From the NCBI RefSeq assembly GCF_024298765.1, contig NZ_CP101211.1: DNA of 64,000 bases, one strand, 5' to 3'. Positions within the stretch are counted from its first letter, which is position 1, and every line of letters starts with the position of its first letter. The notes beneath the pieces are model-generated. The model searched no databases. It was not told the origin of the DNA and saw nothing but the letters and a program-made list of their open reading frames with translations. Origin of the DNA: Escherichia coli. Lineage in GTDB: Bacteria > Pseudomonadota > Gammaproteobacteria > Enterobacterales > Enterobacteriaceae. Positions 53,981 to 64,000 of the stretch are shown piece after piece. The position numbers and the translations under genes were made by a program.

Positions 53981-54283
53981 TCAACCAAAACCTAAACGTC
54001 GATACAAACTCTGTTTCATAACCAGGGTTTTATCCTTACCGCGACAGTAAGTAACAGGGGCTGCATAAACCGGTCATTTAGTCCGTTATGCAAAAATTAT
54101 TGAGGATCCGGGCTGTTAAACTGTTCTTCCTCTTTCGCTTCCGGTGAAAAGGGGAGGTGTCACCCTGCGAGCCCGTGTAGTGAAAGGGATTCGTCGTAAT
54201 ACAGGCCAAAGGCTAACATGACCGCAAAGGACGCCCGGGCGACCGGATACCTGCCGGGTTGTGCGATGTAAAATCCGGAAGCA

Positions 54284-54715
54284 GTGATAACACAAACAGG
54301 CCCCTACAGCGTAAGGATTGTGATGGACGATAAAGAGCAGTTTACGAATCTTGTGGCAAAGCATGCCTCCGGACTCACCGAAGAGCAGCTGGCCGGGTAC
54401 GATGCCTGTTCCCTGGATGGTGAATGCGTCACGCCTTCATACGAGGTTTTCCGGGGGTATCGTACCCGCCACACACTGGATGAATTTCTGGAGATGGCCA
54501 TATCGCTGAATGCCATCCACCCGGATGAATATTTAACGGATATGCTGCTGAAGCCTCATGAGGTGATCGGCGCTCTGGCCGATGAAGGCGACCAGCTGAA
54601 CAACGCCACCCCGGTTTATTTCTTTCCGGATACCGGCGTCTATGCAGCGGCCGTTAGTGAAACCCGGGTGCTCGATGCCTGGCTTTGCTGGCCATGCTAC
54701 CCGGCGAACTGGTAA
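54284..54715 (+). CDS. Hypothetical protein
   Basis: 143-aa ORF. Confidence 0.3.
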   Translation: MITQTGPYSVRIVMDDKEQFTNLVAKHASGLTEEQLAGYDACSLDGECVTPSYEVFRGYRTRHTLDEFLEMAISLNAIHPDEYLTDMLLKPHEVIGALADEGDQLNNATPVYFFPDTGVYAAAVSETRVLDAWLCWPCYPANW

Positions 54716-55315
54716 CGCGGCCGTTGGAATTGCACCGGCCGGATACGAATTTAACCGATCCCGTGGCGGGAAGGCTATCAGAGTTGCATGTCCTCATCCC
54801 TCAAGCCCCCTGCCAGGCCCCAACGTGCTGTCAGGCTTCGCCTGATTCCCGATCTGCGCCGATACTTCAGCCGATAACTTTTTGTTTTCTTTTTATTTTC
54901 TTCCCATTTCCTCAAAAATCGCGGGCGGCGTGGACAGGGCACCATTGCCGCATGTGGGGTCTTAATAAGGGCAGGGTGGTCAGTTTTGCTCGATGCCATG
55001 GGTAGGCCCTCCCCTTCATGGGATGAGGACATGCAAGTAAGCTAACTATCTGAAATGACGAAGGTTCATTTGGTGAATGTCGCTTCATATTAATGTTGTG
55101 TCACTTATGATCGTATGTAGCTGGTTGCAAAGAGGAGCGATGAGACAATAAAGTTGTATCGCTAACAAGATTTATGCTGCCACATAGTAACAGCCTAAAA
55201 GTTGTACGCCCTATTTAACAGCTTTTAGGCTGTTAATTTGATATTACAGCTTTTAGGGTGTATGTTTAGGAAACAGCCTGCAAGGTGTATCAGAGGAAAC
55301 TACTGAGGCCAGCTT

Positions 55316-55612
55316 ATGATCAATAATGATTACCCGTTAAACACGCTCAACCAGCTGCGTCCCTTGCTCATTGGTTTTCGCAAGGCGAATGGCCTGACGC
55401 AAAAAGACCTGTCCGAAAGGTTAGGCGTCACTCAACAGACATACTCACGTCTGGAAGCCAACCCTGCCAGTGCGAGCATTGAACGGCTATTCAAGGTGTT
55501 TTCCATCCTGGGCGTAAAAATCAGCTTCTCCTCGGCAACCACCTCTTCAGAGAGGAAGCAGACGGAAGAAATGCTTAAATCAAACTCACCTGCACGACAG
55601 GAGGATTGGTAA
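55316..55612 (+). CDS. hipB: XRE-family HTH antitoxin HipB
   Basis: 98 aa; HTH LSERLGVTQQTYSRLE; immediately upstream of hipA. Confidence 0.7.
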   Translation: MINNDYPLNTLNQLRPLLIGFRKANGLTQKDLSERLGVTQQTYSRLEANPASASIERLFKVFSILGVKISFSSATTSSERKQTEEMLKSNSPARQEDW

Positions 55613-55616
55613 CGAT

Positions 55617-56942
55617 ATGAGCCGGAAACAGCAACGTCTGGTAATTTGGATGAACGGCATCAAAGTCGGGTACTGGGAAAAAAGCAAAGGGGTAGACAGC
55701 TTAGAATACCTTCCTGAATGGGTTGCTGACGAACAGGGAAGGCCGCTGTCATTGTCCCTTCCTTTTACTCCCGGGAACCAGGTCTGGCGTGGAAATGTGG
55801 TACGTGACTATTTTGATAATTTACTGCCGGACAGCGAAGGCATACGCAGACGTCTGGCAATGCGTTACAAGGCCGATAGCCTGGAGCCTTTTGATCTGCT
55901 GACGGAGCTGGGAAAAGACTGCGTGGGCGCGATACAGCTGCTTCATGACGGAGATGAACCCACTGATTTATATTCCGTGAAGTATCACCCGCTTACTGAA
56001 TCAGAAATTGCGGCAACTTTGCGTAATACCACGGAGACATTGCTACCGGGCAGGCCAGAAGATAACGACGACTTACGTTTATCTATTGCCGGTGCTCAGG
56101 AGAAAACAGCCCTACTGTGGCATGAAGATCGGTGGTGTATGCCGGAGGGTAATACACCAACGACGCATATATTCAAGCTACCGCTCGGACTTGTGGGGAA
56201 CATGAAAGCCGACATGAGCTCGTCGGTTGAAAATGAATGGCTCTGCTCGGTACTTCTCGGCCAGTACGGGCTCCCCGTGGCAAGAACGCAGATTGCTCAC
56301 TTTGAAGATCAGAAAGCGCTGGTGGTAGAACGTTTTGACCGAAAATGGTCAGGAGACGGACAATGGATCATTCGTTTACCCCAGGAGGATATGTGTCAGG
56401 CCCTGGGCGTTTCGCCATTACGAAAATATCAGGCGGACGGCGGGCCAGGTATATCGGAAATTATGGAGGTTCTGAGTAATTCAGACCGTGCTGAGCGTGA
56501 CAAAGCGCAGTTTTTTATGACGCAGATAATTTTCTGGATGATGGCCGCAACAGATGGCCACGCTAAAAATTTCAGTATTTCTATTGGGCCACAGGGACGT
56601 TATCACCTTACACCAAACTATGATGTGTTGTCGGCATGGCCGGTGATCGGTCATGGGAACAATCAGATATCCTGGCAGAAGTGCAAACTGGCGATGGCCG
56701 TACGTGGCAGTAGCAACTATTACCAGATATATCGAATACAACGACGCCACTGGATCAGGCATGGTGAGATAACCGGCCTGAGTAAACAGCAGACAGAGGC
56801 GATGATAGAGGAAATCATCGCCAGAACCCCGGGTGTCATTGAACGTGTTAGCGGGCTTCTTCCGGACCAGTTCCCCCAGCAGCTTGCGGAAAGTATTTTT
56901 GATGGAATGAGGCAGCAATGCAGGCGCCTGGCTGAGAAATGA
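55617..56942 (+). CDS. hipA: HipA-family Ser/Thr kinase toxin
   Basis: 441 aa; conserved blocks FDNLLPDS, SIAGAQEKTAL, ERFDR, RLPQEDMCQ, TDGHAKNFS shared with E. coli HipA as recalled. Confidence 0.75.
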   Translation: MSRKQQRLVIWMNGIKVGYWEKSKGVDSLEYLPEWVADEQGRPLSLSLPFTPGNQVWRGNVVRDYFDNLLPDSEGIRRRLAMRYKADSLEPFDLLTELGKDCVGAIQLLHDGDEPTDLYSVKYHPLTESEIAATLRNTTETLLPGRPEDNDDLRLSIAGAQEKTALLWHEDRWCMPEGNTPTTHIFKLPLGLVGNMKADMSSSVENEWLCSVLLGQYGLPVARTQIAHFEDQKALVVERFDRKWSGDGQWIIRLPQEDMCQALGVSPLRKYQADGGPGISEIMEVLSNSDRAERDKAQFFMTQIIFWMMAATDGHAKNFSISIGPQGRYHLTPNYDVLSAWPVIGHGNNQISWQKCKLAMAVRGSSNYYQIYRIQRRHWIRHGEITGLSKQQTEAMIEEIIARTPGVIERVSGLLPDQFPQQLAESIFDGMRQQCRRLAEK

Positions 56943-57002
56943 CAGCCGCAATTTATAGTGTGCATGTTTTCAGAATAGCTGATGTAAGCGTGAGGATTCA
57001 GT

Positions 57003-57209
57003 ATGACTGAAGAACAAAAAAGAATAGAGCGGGCTATTGAGTTGGCTTGTCGTTACGGCGGAACCGATGAAATGCATCATCTGCAATGGGTCGTGGATCA
57101 GATGGTAAGAGAACTTGCTGGAGAACGTTATGCACAGATTGTAGCTGATGCCACCAGCGGAGAAGATGGGCCTGATACTTACAAATGGAGTGTTGGGATC
57201 GCGCCTTAA
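57003..57209 (+). CDS. Small hypothetical protein
   Basis: 68-aa ORF. Confidence 0.25.
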   Translation: MTEEQKRIERAIELACRYGGTDEMHHLQWVVDQMVRELAGERYAQIVADATSGEDGPDTYKWSVGIAP

Positions 57210-57310
57210 CAGCTGTCGGTCTGGGGGTGAAAACGTATTCTTCATTCAGCGAATTCCCAGGCTTCACATTAAGACTAAAGCGGCGGCCGCAGTAACGTAA
57301 GAGAAAATAA

Positions 57311-57721
57311 ATGGCTATTTTAGCAATCATTGCAGTTATCGCCCTGGGTGGGTACGCCTACGGATTTATTAAAACCCGTGAGCTGAGCGCTTTGCGTAAA
57401 GAAATGAAACTATACGTGGATCGCATGGAAGCGGCGGAGCTGGACTTACACGCAATCAGAAGTGTAGCGGAGCACCGGTTGCACGGTGCAGGTAAACAGT
57501 TTGCCGACCTTTACAGCCGTATCGACGGTGCAACTGTGACGCTGACACCCGAAGATCAGCTGTTACTGGCAACGATGCCATTTAATATTCAGGATGTAGA
57601 AGACATCGTAAACGAGCGCGGTCCAAAGACAATTAGCGGCCGTCCATTCTGGGAAGTTGAGCCAGGCCCGCATGATTATGAATATGGCCCGCAATATCCG
57701 TATTTCCCAGACCAGCGCTAG
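57311..57721 (+). CDS. Hypothetical protein with N-terminal transmembrane helix
   Basis: 136 aa; N-terminus MAILAIIAVIALGGYAYGFI. Confidence 0.3.
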   Translation: MAILAIIAVIALGGYAYGFIKTRELSALRKEMKLYVDRMEAAELDLHAIRSVAEHRLHGAGKQFADLYSRIDGATVTLTPEDQLLLATMPFNIQDVEDIVNERGPKTISGRPFWEVEPGPHDYEYGPQYPYFPDQR

Positions 57722-57733
57722 GAAGAGATCAAG

Positions 57734-58549
57734 ATGAGAGAGCCAAGACCACGCCATACCTTGCAGGTCATTCGTGTACCTTCTCTGGAGGTTCAGGACC
57801 TGGGGCTGACCAGCTTTGATAGCTGGCTTGACGAGCACGGGTATGACAAAACGAATGCCAGAAATAACCGTACCATCTGGGCGAGAGAAGGCGGATGGCA
57901 TCTGAAACGTTGCAGAAATCTTGAAACTGGCACGGACGATTTCTGGTTTATCGCTTTCGATGGTAAAGGCGGGAAGATTTACCCGCTGAAAACCCAAAGA
58001 GACTACCGGGCTGCATATCGTAAGCTGGAAGCAGAAGGTTATGCGCCTGCGGTCATCGAGCAAATGACCACAGGCGCAGCATATAACCTGGCCTATCCAC
58101 GTTCCACCCTAAAACAAGCTGAGACGGCCACCAGCGAGCCAATTCGGAAACCTGACGTAGATATCCAGGGTGAGCACTGCGAGCGCGTAGTGACGCAACG
58201 TAGTGGCGTGGCACAGGGTAAATTCAAAGCTCTGCTCATCGAGAATTTCGCAGGCCGTTGTGCGGTAACCGGTTGGGTTAATGGAGGTGTCCTGGATGCG
58301 GCACACATTGAACATGGAACCCGGTACAATCCGTCTAATGGCATCCTGATGACTCCAACAATGCATGCGCTGTTTGATGCCGATCTTATGGGCATAGATC
58401 CGGCCACCCTGACCGTTCATTTTAAGCCAGGCATTGAGGTGGGCGAGCTGTTTGAAGGCCGTAAAATCACACCGCTGGTGTACGATCTGGACTTAGAGCG
58501 GCTGGCCGTACGCTGGGCAGAATACCAGGGCCTTGCTCAGGACCAATGA
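57734..58549 (+). CDS. HNH endonuclease-domain protein
   Basis: 271 aa; C-terminal CAVTG..AAHI..NGILMTPTMHALFD..IDP is an HNH-type motif. Confidence 0.55.
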   Translation: MREPRPRHTLQVIRVPSLEVQDLGLTSFDSWLDEHGYDKTNARNNRTIWAREGGWHLKRCRNLETGTDDFWFIAFDGKGGKIYPLKTQRDYRAAYRKLEAEGYAPAVIEQMTTGAAYNLAYPRSTLKQAETATSEPIRKPDVDIQGEHCERVVTQRSGVAQGKFKALLIENFAGRCAVTGWVNGGVLDAAHIEHGTRYNPSNGILMTPTMHALFDADLMGIDPATLTVHFKPGIEVGELFEGRKITPLVYDLDLERLAVRWAEYQGLAQDQ

Positions 58550-58802
58550 AGGGTGACAGCCAGGTTGTGCCTAAACCTGGCAGTAAAACCTGCATGCCAC
58601 AAACCTTTAAATTCTGACTCAAGAGCCTGGCACAAGATAAAAGCGAAATGAAAAGGTTAAAACCGGTGCACCAGACCTCTTAGGTTTAATACCTGAGCCA
58701 GTATACTGGCAGTCTCAGGTAAGTGGGTATCATACACTTCAGAAATATCCACACCGAGATAACCGCAACAGTTAAAGAGCTAAAAAGGACGGTTTTAATT
58801 TT

Positions 58803-59228
58803 ATGAATAAAACAGCTTTAATTATGATTCTGGGAATCCTCGGATGTGGTAAAGCATTTGCAGCCACTGAATTACAGCTCCAGCAAAAACGCGTTATGCA
58901 TTTCTGTGCCAATGCCAGCCTTCCGTTGTTGATTGCCGGTACAACTTATGCGAATACGTCTGACAATGGACGACCAGAAAAAGAAAGAGTGGCAATCCTG
59001 AAAAATTCAGTTGCAAGCTCGACAGCTTATAAAATGGCATCTCCCGGAGTTCAGATGGCCATGATGAGCGTGGTGGAAGATATTGCCGATCCGAAAGAAT
59101 TAGCTCTACATCAAAAAGAAGTTAGACGTCTTGGGGCTAGTTATCTTTCCGACAGCGGTGTTTCATGGGCTTCAAAAACTGTTTCACCATTTACAGCCTG
59201 GTGTAACTTTAACCGTTTAGAAAGTTAA
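58803..59228 (+). CDS. Hypothetical secreted protein
   Basis: 141 aa; signal peptide MNKTALIMILGILGCGKAFA. Confidence 0.35.
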   Translation: MNKTALIMILGILGCGKAFAATELQLQQKRVMHFCANASLPLLIAGTTYANTSDNGRPEKERVAILKNSVASSTAYKMASPGVQMAMMSVVEDIADPKELALHQKEVRRLGASYLSDSGVSWASKTVSPFTAWCNFNRLES

Positions 59229-59776
59229 GGCTGGCAAGGCGGTTTCTGTTCAGGAAAGTTACTTTCCGTGCGGGGACCGTAAGATACAGATAAAGCTTAA
59301 GGCCTTTGAATTTTTGGAAAGCATTTGAAAATTTCATTGCGCTTGTCTGATATGAAACAGCCCCTGCATTTCTGCAAAGGCTGAAAGAGTGTGTACGGAC
59401 TTTGGAAGGAGTGATGATATACGCCTGAGCCATCCCATCACCGCAGACAGGGTAATTAACCCTGACTAAAGCTTTCACCTATTCCGTCGCTCGCAAGCGG
59501 CTTTCGCACACTAACGAAGGTATGGCCTTTCGTCGGTGTTAAATTTTTCAAACTTTGCTTACTTTGTCAAGGAAGGTGACCGCAGTAGCAGGCACAACTA
59601 CTTTAATCTGTATGAATAATAAGGTAGAACCGGCCAGTGAATGAATGCTTACCCTGAAATCAGGCGGACAACCTTCAGGAATATTGATAGCAAGACTGAA
59701 TCTCTCGCTGCGGCGATAAACATTTCGCCATAACCCTGAACGAGAGTGGTTCATCCATCATATACAGGAGCGTTAC

Positions 59777-60085
59777 ATGCGCAAATTTAAGTACATAATC
59801 TGTCACCAGTGCGAAGGCCACGGGACCATGGAAAACCCGGCCTTTGAAAATGGATTCACCCAATCAGAAATGGCTGAGTGGGAGCCAGAAATGCGTGAAA
59901 AGTATTTTGCCGGAGCATTTGATGTTCGCTGTAACGTTTGTGCCGGTGACGGTAAGCTCAGCGTACCAAACGTAGCGGCTATGTCTTTTTCAGAACGACG
60001 GGTTCTGGCAGCACGGCGGCGTGATGAGCGTCTTCAGGCTGCTGATGAACGGCTGTCCCGCCAGGAACGAGCAATGGGGTACTGA
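59777..60085 (+). CDS. Hypothetical Zn-ribbon protein
   Basis: 102 aa; CHQCEGHG .. CNVCAGDG paired Cys motifs. Confidence 0.3.
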   Translation: MRKFKYIICHQCEGHGTMENPAFENGFTQSEMAEWEPEMREKYFAGAFDVRCNVCAGDGKLSVPNVAAMSFSERRVLAARRRDERLQAADERLSRQERAMGY

Positions 60086-60100
60086 GGTGCTACAGCAAAG

Positions 60101-60958
60101 ATGAAAATGACGAAGCCAAAACCGGTAAGCCGGATGAAAAGACCGTTTATTAGTGAGCTTGCAGAGCTGGGTTTATCGGGTGAAATTCTTTCAATTCGAA
60201 CTGACGGCATGCAGGGGACGCTCATACCCGATCTTACCGCAGGGGTGAGTGAAGCAGGCCGTGTGAAAACCGGCAACTGGGTAATCTCTGACAAGAGAAC
60301 CTTCGACCATGTCGTTCTGTGTGTTGAAAGACAAGATGAGAACCATGATGTGTACGTAGGTAAATTCATCCAGTTACATGTAGCCGCTAATAAGAGCCTT
60401 AAGATCGTCGAAATGGGCGATGTGAAACTGGTGGCCATAACCAGCTCGATTCCTACCACTTTTAATGGTGGGATAAAGAGATACAAAGGGGTTACGTATG
60501 TGTCACTTTCCCAAACAGCTCAAACCACTATCGACTTCCCGAAGCGTATCTACAAAGAGGGCCAGGAATGTACTTCTGTCACCAGTCCTGACCAAGGTCC
60601 TTTCGCCCGGGATGTTAGGTTGAATTGCTACGGGCGATGTGTTGTCACCGGCGTAAGGTCCCCCTGGCGTACTGAGGCCGCGCACTTAACGCCACGTCAT
60701 GAAGAAGGCATTCCCGACGTAACGAACGGAATTTTACTTCGCCGTGATATCCATACACTGTTCGACAATGACCATTGCGCCATAAACCCTGACACTATGA
60801 AAATTTACTTCAGCCGGGAGGCCCGGGAGTTGGATGATGATCTCCTGAAATGGCATGGGAATGAGATAGAGACGACACGCATGCAGGTTCCGGTTAACAT
60901 CGAAAACCTTCGGATACGATGGCAAAAATTTAAGGCTAAGGATCGTCAGCGTAAATAA
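60101..60958 (+). CDS. HNH endonuclease-domain protein (paralog of the 57734 gene in the HNH region)
   Basis: 285 aa; CVVTG..AAHL..NGILLRRDIHTLFD..INP matches the same HNH-type motif with a different N-terminal domain. Confidence 0.55.
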   Translation: MKMTKPKPVSRMKRPFISELAELGLSGEILSIRTDGMQGTLIPDLTAGVSEAGRVKTGNWVISDKRTFDHVVLCVERQDENHDVYVGKFIQLHVAANKSLKIVEMGDVKLVAITSSIPTTFNGGIKRYKGVTYVSLSQTAQTTIDFPKRIYKEGQECTSVTSPDQGPFARDVRLNCYGRCVVTGVRSPWRTEAAHLTPRHEEGIPDVTNGILLRRDIHTLFDNDHCAINPDTMKIYFSREARELDDDLLKWHGNEIETTRMQVPVNIENLRIRWQKFKAKDRQRK

Positions 60959-61019
60959 AGCCATAAGCTGAACCACGGCGAGGATTAGTCTTGTTCACTA
61001 AATGACAGCGAGAGATTAA

Positions 61020-61223
61020 ATGCAAACCCAAAAAGAAATTACAGTTGGCCAGATCTGGGAAGAAGTGGATCCAAGACTGATCCGGAAAGTGCGGGTTGTT
61101 GAGGTGGCCTCGTTAGAAGGGCCCAAAGGCATCCTTATCGAAAACGTGGAGTCTGGTCGTAAGAACTGGGCGTCGTCATCCCGCTTTAATGGAAAGCGTG
61201 GAGGGTATCGTCTTATTTCCTGA
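61020..61223 (+). CDS. Small hypothetical protein
   Basis: 67-aa ORF. Confidence 0.2.
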   Translation: MQTQKEITVGQIWEEVDPRLIRKVRVVEVASLEGPKGILIENVESGRKNWASSSRFNGKRGGYRLIS

Positions 61224-61309
61224 CGGTTTTGCCAATATGGGAAACTGAAGAGGTTGAAACCATCCCGGTGAGGGAGCATATCTGGTAAAGAAGAGTCTTT
61301 AAAAAGGTT

Positions 61310-61561
61310 TTACGCGACCTGGGATAATAAACGGGAAAACGATACCCAAAAAAAGAATACAGCGATGATAACGATAAGGAATGGTAAGGGCTTCAATATT
61401 TTGAGAAATGCCCTGGCTTCCTTTGCATCTGCATTTCTAATCAAACTGTCCACATAGGGATCACAGCTCTTAGGTTCTGAATTTTTCATATGTTCTGTAC
61501 CTGAAATTGATTCCGTATGAGAAAAGGCCACCGAAGTGGCCTCTATCAAAACTGGTGGCAA
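61310..61561 (-). CDS. Small hypothetical membrane protein
   Basis: 83 aa; C-terminal hydrophobic helix. Confidence 0.25.
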   Translation of the reverse strand: MPPVLIEATSVAFSHTESISGTEHMKNSEPKSCDPYVDSLIRNADAKEARAFLKILKPLPFLIVIIAVFFFWVSFSRLLSQVA

Positions 61562-61564
61562 AAG

Positions 61565-61848
61565 TTAGATCAGGAAATCATCAAGACTTTTACCGGCTGC
61601 AATTTGTTCTGCCAGAGCTTTGGGGGTACGGCCCTGTCCAGTCCACGTTTTTGTTTCGCCATTTTCATCAGTAAATGAGTATTTGGCCGGGCGTGGTCCA
61701 CGGCTTTTCTTGGTAGCCGTAGATTTGGCCTGGAATGAGCCAAGCAGCTCTTCCGGGTTGATACCATCTTCTTCCATTAACTTACGCAGGGCGTCAAGTT
61801 TCTCCTGACGAGCTTGCAGTTCGGCAGCTTTGGATGATTCTTCCTGAC
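61565..61848 (-). pseudogene. hns: H-NS-family nucleoid protein gene, 5' end truncated by IS26
   Basis: Encodes the H-NS C-terminal DNA-binding region ([33 protein letters not shown]); reading frame runs into the IS26 inverted repeat at 61849, N-terminal domain absent. Confidence 0.7.
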
Positions 61849-62668
61849 GGCACTGTTGCAAATAGTCGGTGGTGATAAACTTATCATCCCCTTTTGCTGA
61901 TGGAGCTGCACATGAACCCATTCAAAGGCCGGCATTTTCAGCGTGACATCATTCTGTGGGCCGTACGCTGGTACTGCAAATACGGCATCAGTTACCGTGA
62001 GCTGCAGGAGATGCTGGCTGAACGCGGAGTGAATGTCGATCACTCCACGATTTACCGCTGGGTTCAGCGTTATGCGCCTGAAATGGAAAAACGGCTGCGC
62101 TGGTACTGGCGTAACCCTTCCGATCTTTGCCCGTGGCACATGGATGAAACCTACGTGAAGGTCAATGGCCGCTGGGCGTATCTGTACCGGGCCGTCGACA
62201 GCCGGGGCCGCACTGTCGATTTTTATCTCTCCTCCCGTCGTAACAGCAAAGCTGCATACCGGTTTCTGGGTAAAATCCTCAACAACGTGAAGAAGTGGCA
62301 GATCCCGCGATTCATCAACACGGATAAAGCGCCCGCCTATGGTCGCGCGCTTGCTCTGCTCAAACGCGAAGGCCGGTGCCCGTCTGACGTTGAACACCGA
62401 CAGATTAAGTACCGGAACAACGTGATTGAATGCGATCATGGCAAACTGAAACGGATAATCGGCGCCACGCTGGGATTTAAATCCATGAAGACGGCTTACG
62501 CCACCATCAAAGGTATTGAGGTGATGCGTGCACTACGCAAAGGCCAGGCCTCAGCATTTTATTATGGTGATCCCCTGGGCGAAATGCGCCTGGTAAGCAG
62601 AGTTTTTGAAATGTAAGGCCTTTGAATAAGACAAAAGGCTGCCTCATCGCTAACTTTGCAACAGTGCC
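61849..62668 (+). mobile_element. IS26 (IS6 family), 820 bp
   Basis: 14-bp terminal inverted repeats GGCACTGTTGCAAA / TTTGCAACAGTGCC at both ends; tnp26 inside. Confidence 0.9.
61912..62616 (+). CDS. tnpA: IS26 transposase Tnp26
   Basis: 234 aa from [21 protein letters not shown], matching IS26 transposase as recalled. Confidence 0.9.
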   Translation: MNPFKGRHFQRDIILWAVRWYCKYGISYRELQEMLAERGVNVDHSTIYRWVQRYAPEMEKRLRWYWRNPSDLCPWHMDETYVKVNGRWAYLYRAVDSRGRTVDFYLSSRRNSKAAYRFLGKILNNVKKWQIPRFINTDKAPAYGRALALLKREGRCPSDVEHRQIKYRNNVIECDHGKLKRIIGATLGFKSMKTAYATIKGIEVMRALRKGQASAFYYGDPLGEMRLVSRVFEM

Positions 62669-62909
62669 TTTCACCCTCGATGCCAACCACGTCAGGTGGC
62701 AAATTTTCGACATTAACCGCGACGATGCTAAATTTCATGGAGAAGTGCGTGGGTGAAATAGCCGGTCGTCAGTCATAAAGGGCAGGGGAGTACCGTTGGC
62801 CCGGCGTTCGATAGTACCGTCCGGATACTGCCAGATATCGGCGTCCAGGGAGATGTCCTGAAGCGCGGTGTCCGGAATTTCAGGTTTGTGTCTCTACAAA
62901 GACTAACTA

Positions 62910-63725
62910 TCAGAAAAACTCATCGAGCATCAAATGAAACTGCAATTTATTCATATCAGGATTATCAATACCATATTTTTGAAAAAGCCGTTTCTGTAAT
63001 GAAGGAGAAAATTCACCGAGGCAGTTCCATAGGATGGCAAGATCCTGGTATCGGTCTGCGATTCCGACTCGTCCAACATCAATACAACCTATTAATTTCC
63101 CCTCGTCAAAAATAAGGTTATCAAGTGAGAAATCACCATGAGTGACGACTGAATCCGGTGAGAATGGCAAAAGCTTATGCATTTCTTTCCAGACTTGTTC
63201 AACAGGCCAGCCATTACGCTCGTCATCAAAATCACTCGCATCAACCAAACCGTTATTCATTCGTGATTGCGCCTGAGCGAGACGAAATACGCGATCGCTG
63301 TTAAAAGGACAATTACTAACAGGAATCGAATGCAACCGGCGCAGGAACGCTGCCAGCGCATCAACAATATTTTCACCTGAATCAGGATATTCTTCTAATA
63401 CCTGGAATGCTGTTTTCCCGGGGAGCGCAGTGGTGAGTAACCATGCATCATCAGGAGTACGGATAAAATGCTTGATGGTCGGAAGAGGCATAAATGCCGT
63501 CAGCCAGTTTAGTCTGACCATCTCATCTGTAACATCATTGGCAACGCTACCTTTGCCATGTTTCAGAAACAACTCTGGCGCATCGGGCTTCCCATACAAT
63601 CGATAGATTGTCGCACCTGATTGCCCGACATTATCGCGAGCCCATTTATACCCATATAAATCAGCATCCAGGTTGGAATTTAATCGCGGCCTCGAGCAAG
63701 ACGTTTCCCGTTGAATATGGCTCAT
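62910..63725 (-). CDS. aph(3')-I: Aminoglycoside 3'-phosphotransferase APH(3')-I (kanamycin/neomycin resistance)
   Basis: 271 aa MSHIQRETSCSRPRLNS..HGDFSLDNLIFDEGKLIGCIDVGRVGIADRYQDLAILWNCLGEFSP matches APH(3')-Ia-type enzyme as recalled. Confidence 0.9.
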   Translation of the reverse strand: MSHIQRETSCSRPRLNSNLDADLYGYKWARDNVGQSGATIYRLYGKPDAPELFLKHGKGSVANDVTDEMVRLNWLTAFMPLPTIKHFIRTPDDAWLLTTALPGKTAFQVLEEYPDSGENIVDALAAFLRRLHSIPVSNCPFNSDRVFRLAQAQSRMNNGLVDASDFDDERNGWPVEQVWKEMHKLLPFSPDSVVTHGDFSLDNLIFDEGKLIGCIDVGRVGIADRYQDLAILWNCLGEFSPSLQKRLFQKYGIDNPDMNKLQFHLMLDEFF

Positions 63726-63848
63726 AACACCCCTTGTATTACTGTTTATGTAAGCAGACAGTTTTATTGTTCATGATGATATATTTTTATCTTGTGCAAT
63801 GTAACATCAGAGATTTTGAGACACAACGTGGATTTGTTGAATAAATCG

Positions 63849-64000
63849 GGCACTGTTGCAAAGTTAGCGATGAGGCAGCCTTTTGTCTTATTCAAAGGCC
63901 TTACATTTCAAAAACTCTGCTTACCAGGCGCATTTCGCCCAGGGGATCACCATAATAAAATGCTGAGGCCTGGCCTTTGCGTAGTGCACGCATCACCTCA
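63849..64000 (-). mobile_element. Second IS26 copy, inverted relative to the first, running off the window end
   Basis: Starts with GGCACTGTTGCAAA and continues as the reverse complement of the 3' end of the first IS26 copy (62570-62668). Confidence 0.85.

Noticed and set aside
62669-62909. Possible extra gene between IS26 and aph(3')-I
   Set aside because: Only short overlapping ORFs (68-75 aa) with no RBS; more likely remnant flanking sequence carried with the resistance gene

Overview
The window reads as a mosaic segment of a large IncHI-type conjugative resistance plasmid (plasmid type is inference). From left to right: (1) the end of a transfer region, trhU (partial) and trhN, then a lipoprotein and a UvrD-like helicase; (2) a visibly AT-rich ~20 kb block of unrecognised genes (7.2-27.3 kb) that contains a MoxR/CobS-like AAA+ ATPase, a metallopeptidase-motif/acidic/vWA (CobT-like) protein, a primase-like Zn-ribbon/Toprim protein, and a tandem array of diverged paralogs whose last copy is split by IS1, with nearly every gene separated by a GC-rich palindromic hairpin; (3) a tyrosine recombinase; (4) a CoiA-like gene split by an IS100-like element; (5) a complete, more GC-rich tellurite-resistance island on both strands: kinase / PP2C phosphatase / vWA-Zn-ribbon triad, terY-terX-terY, terW, a five-enzyme biosynthetic-type module, and terZABCDEF; (6) hipBA, two paralogous HNH nucleases, an hns-like gene truncated by IS26, and aph(3')-I flanked by inverted IS26 copies. 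Best candidates for an undescribed system are the AAA+/vWA/primase module and the hairpin-punctuated paralog array; both are function-unknown from sequence alone. No rRNA, tRNA or CRISPR array was seen. All family assignments are by-eye motif recognition without database searches.
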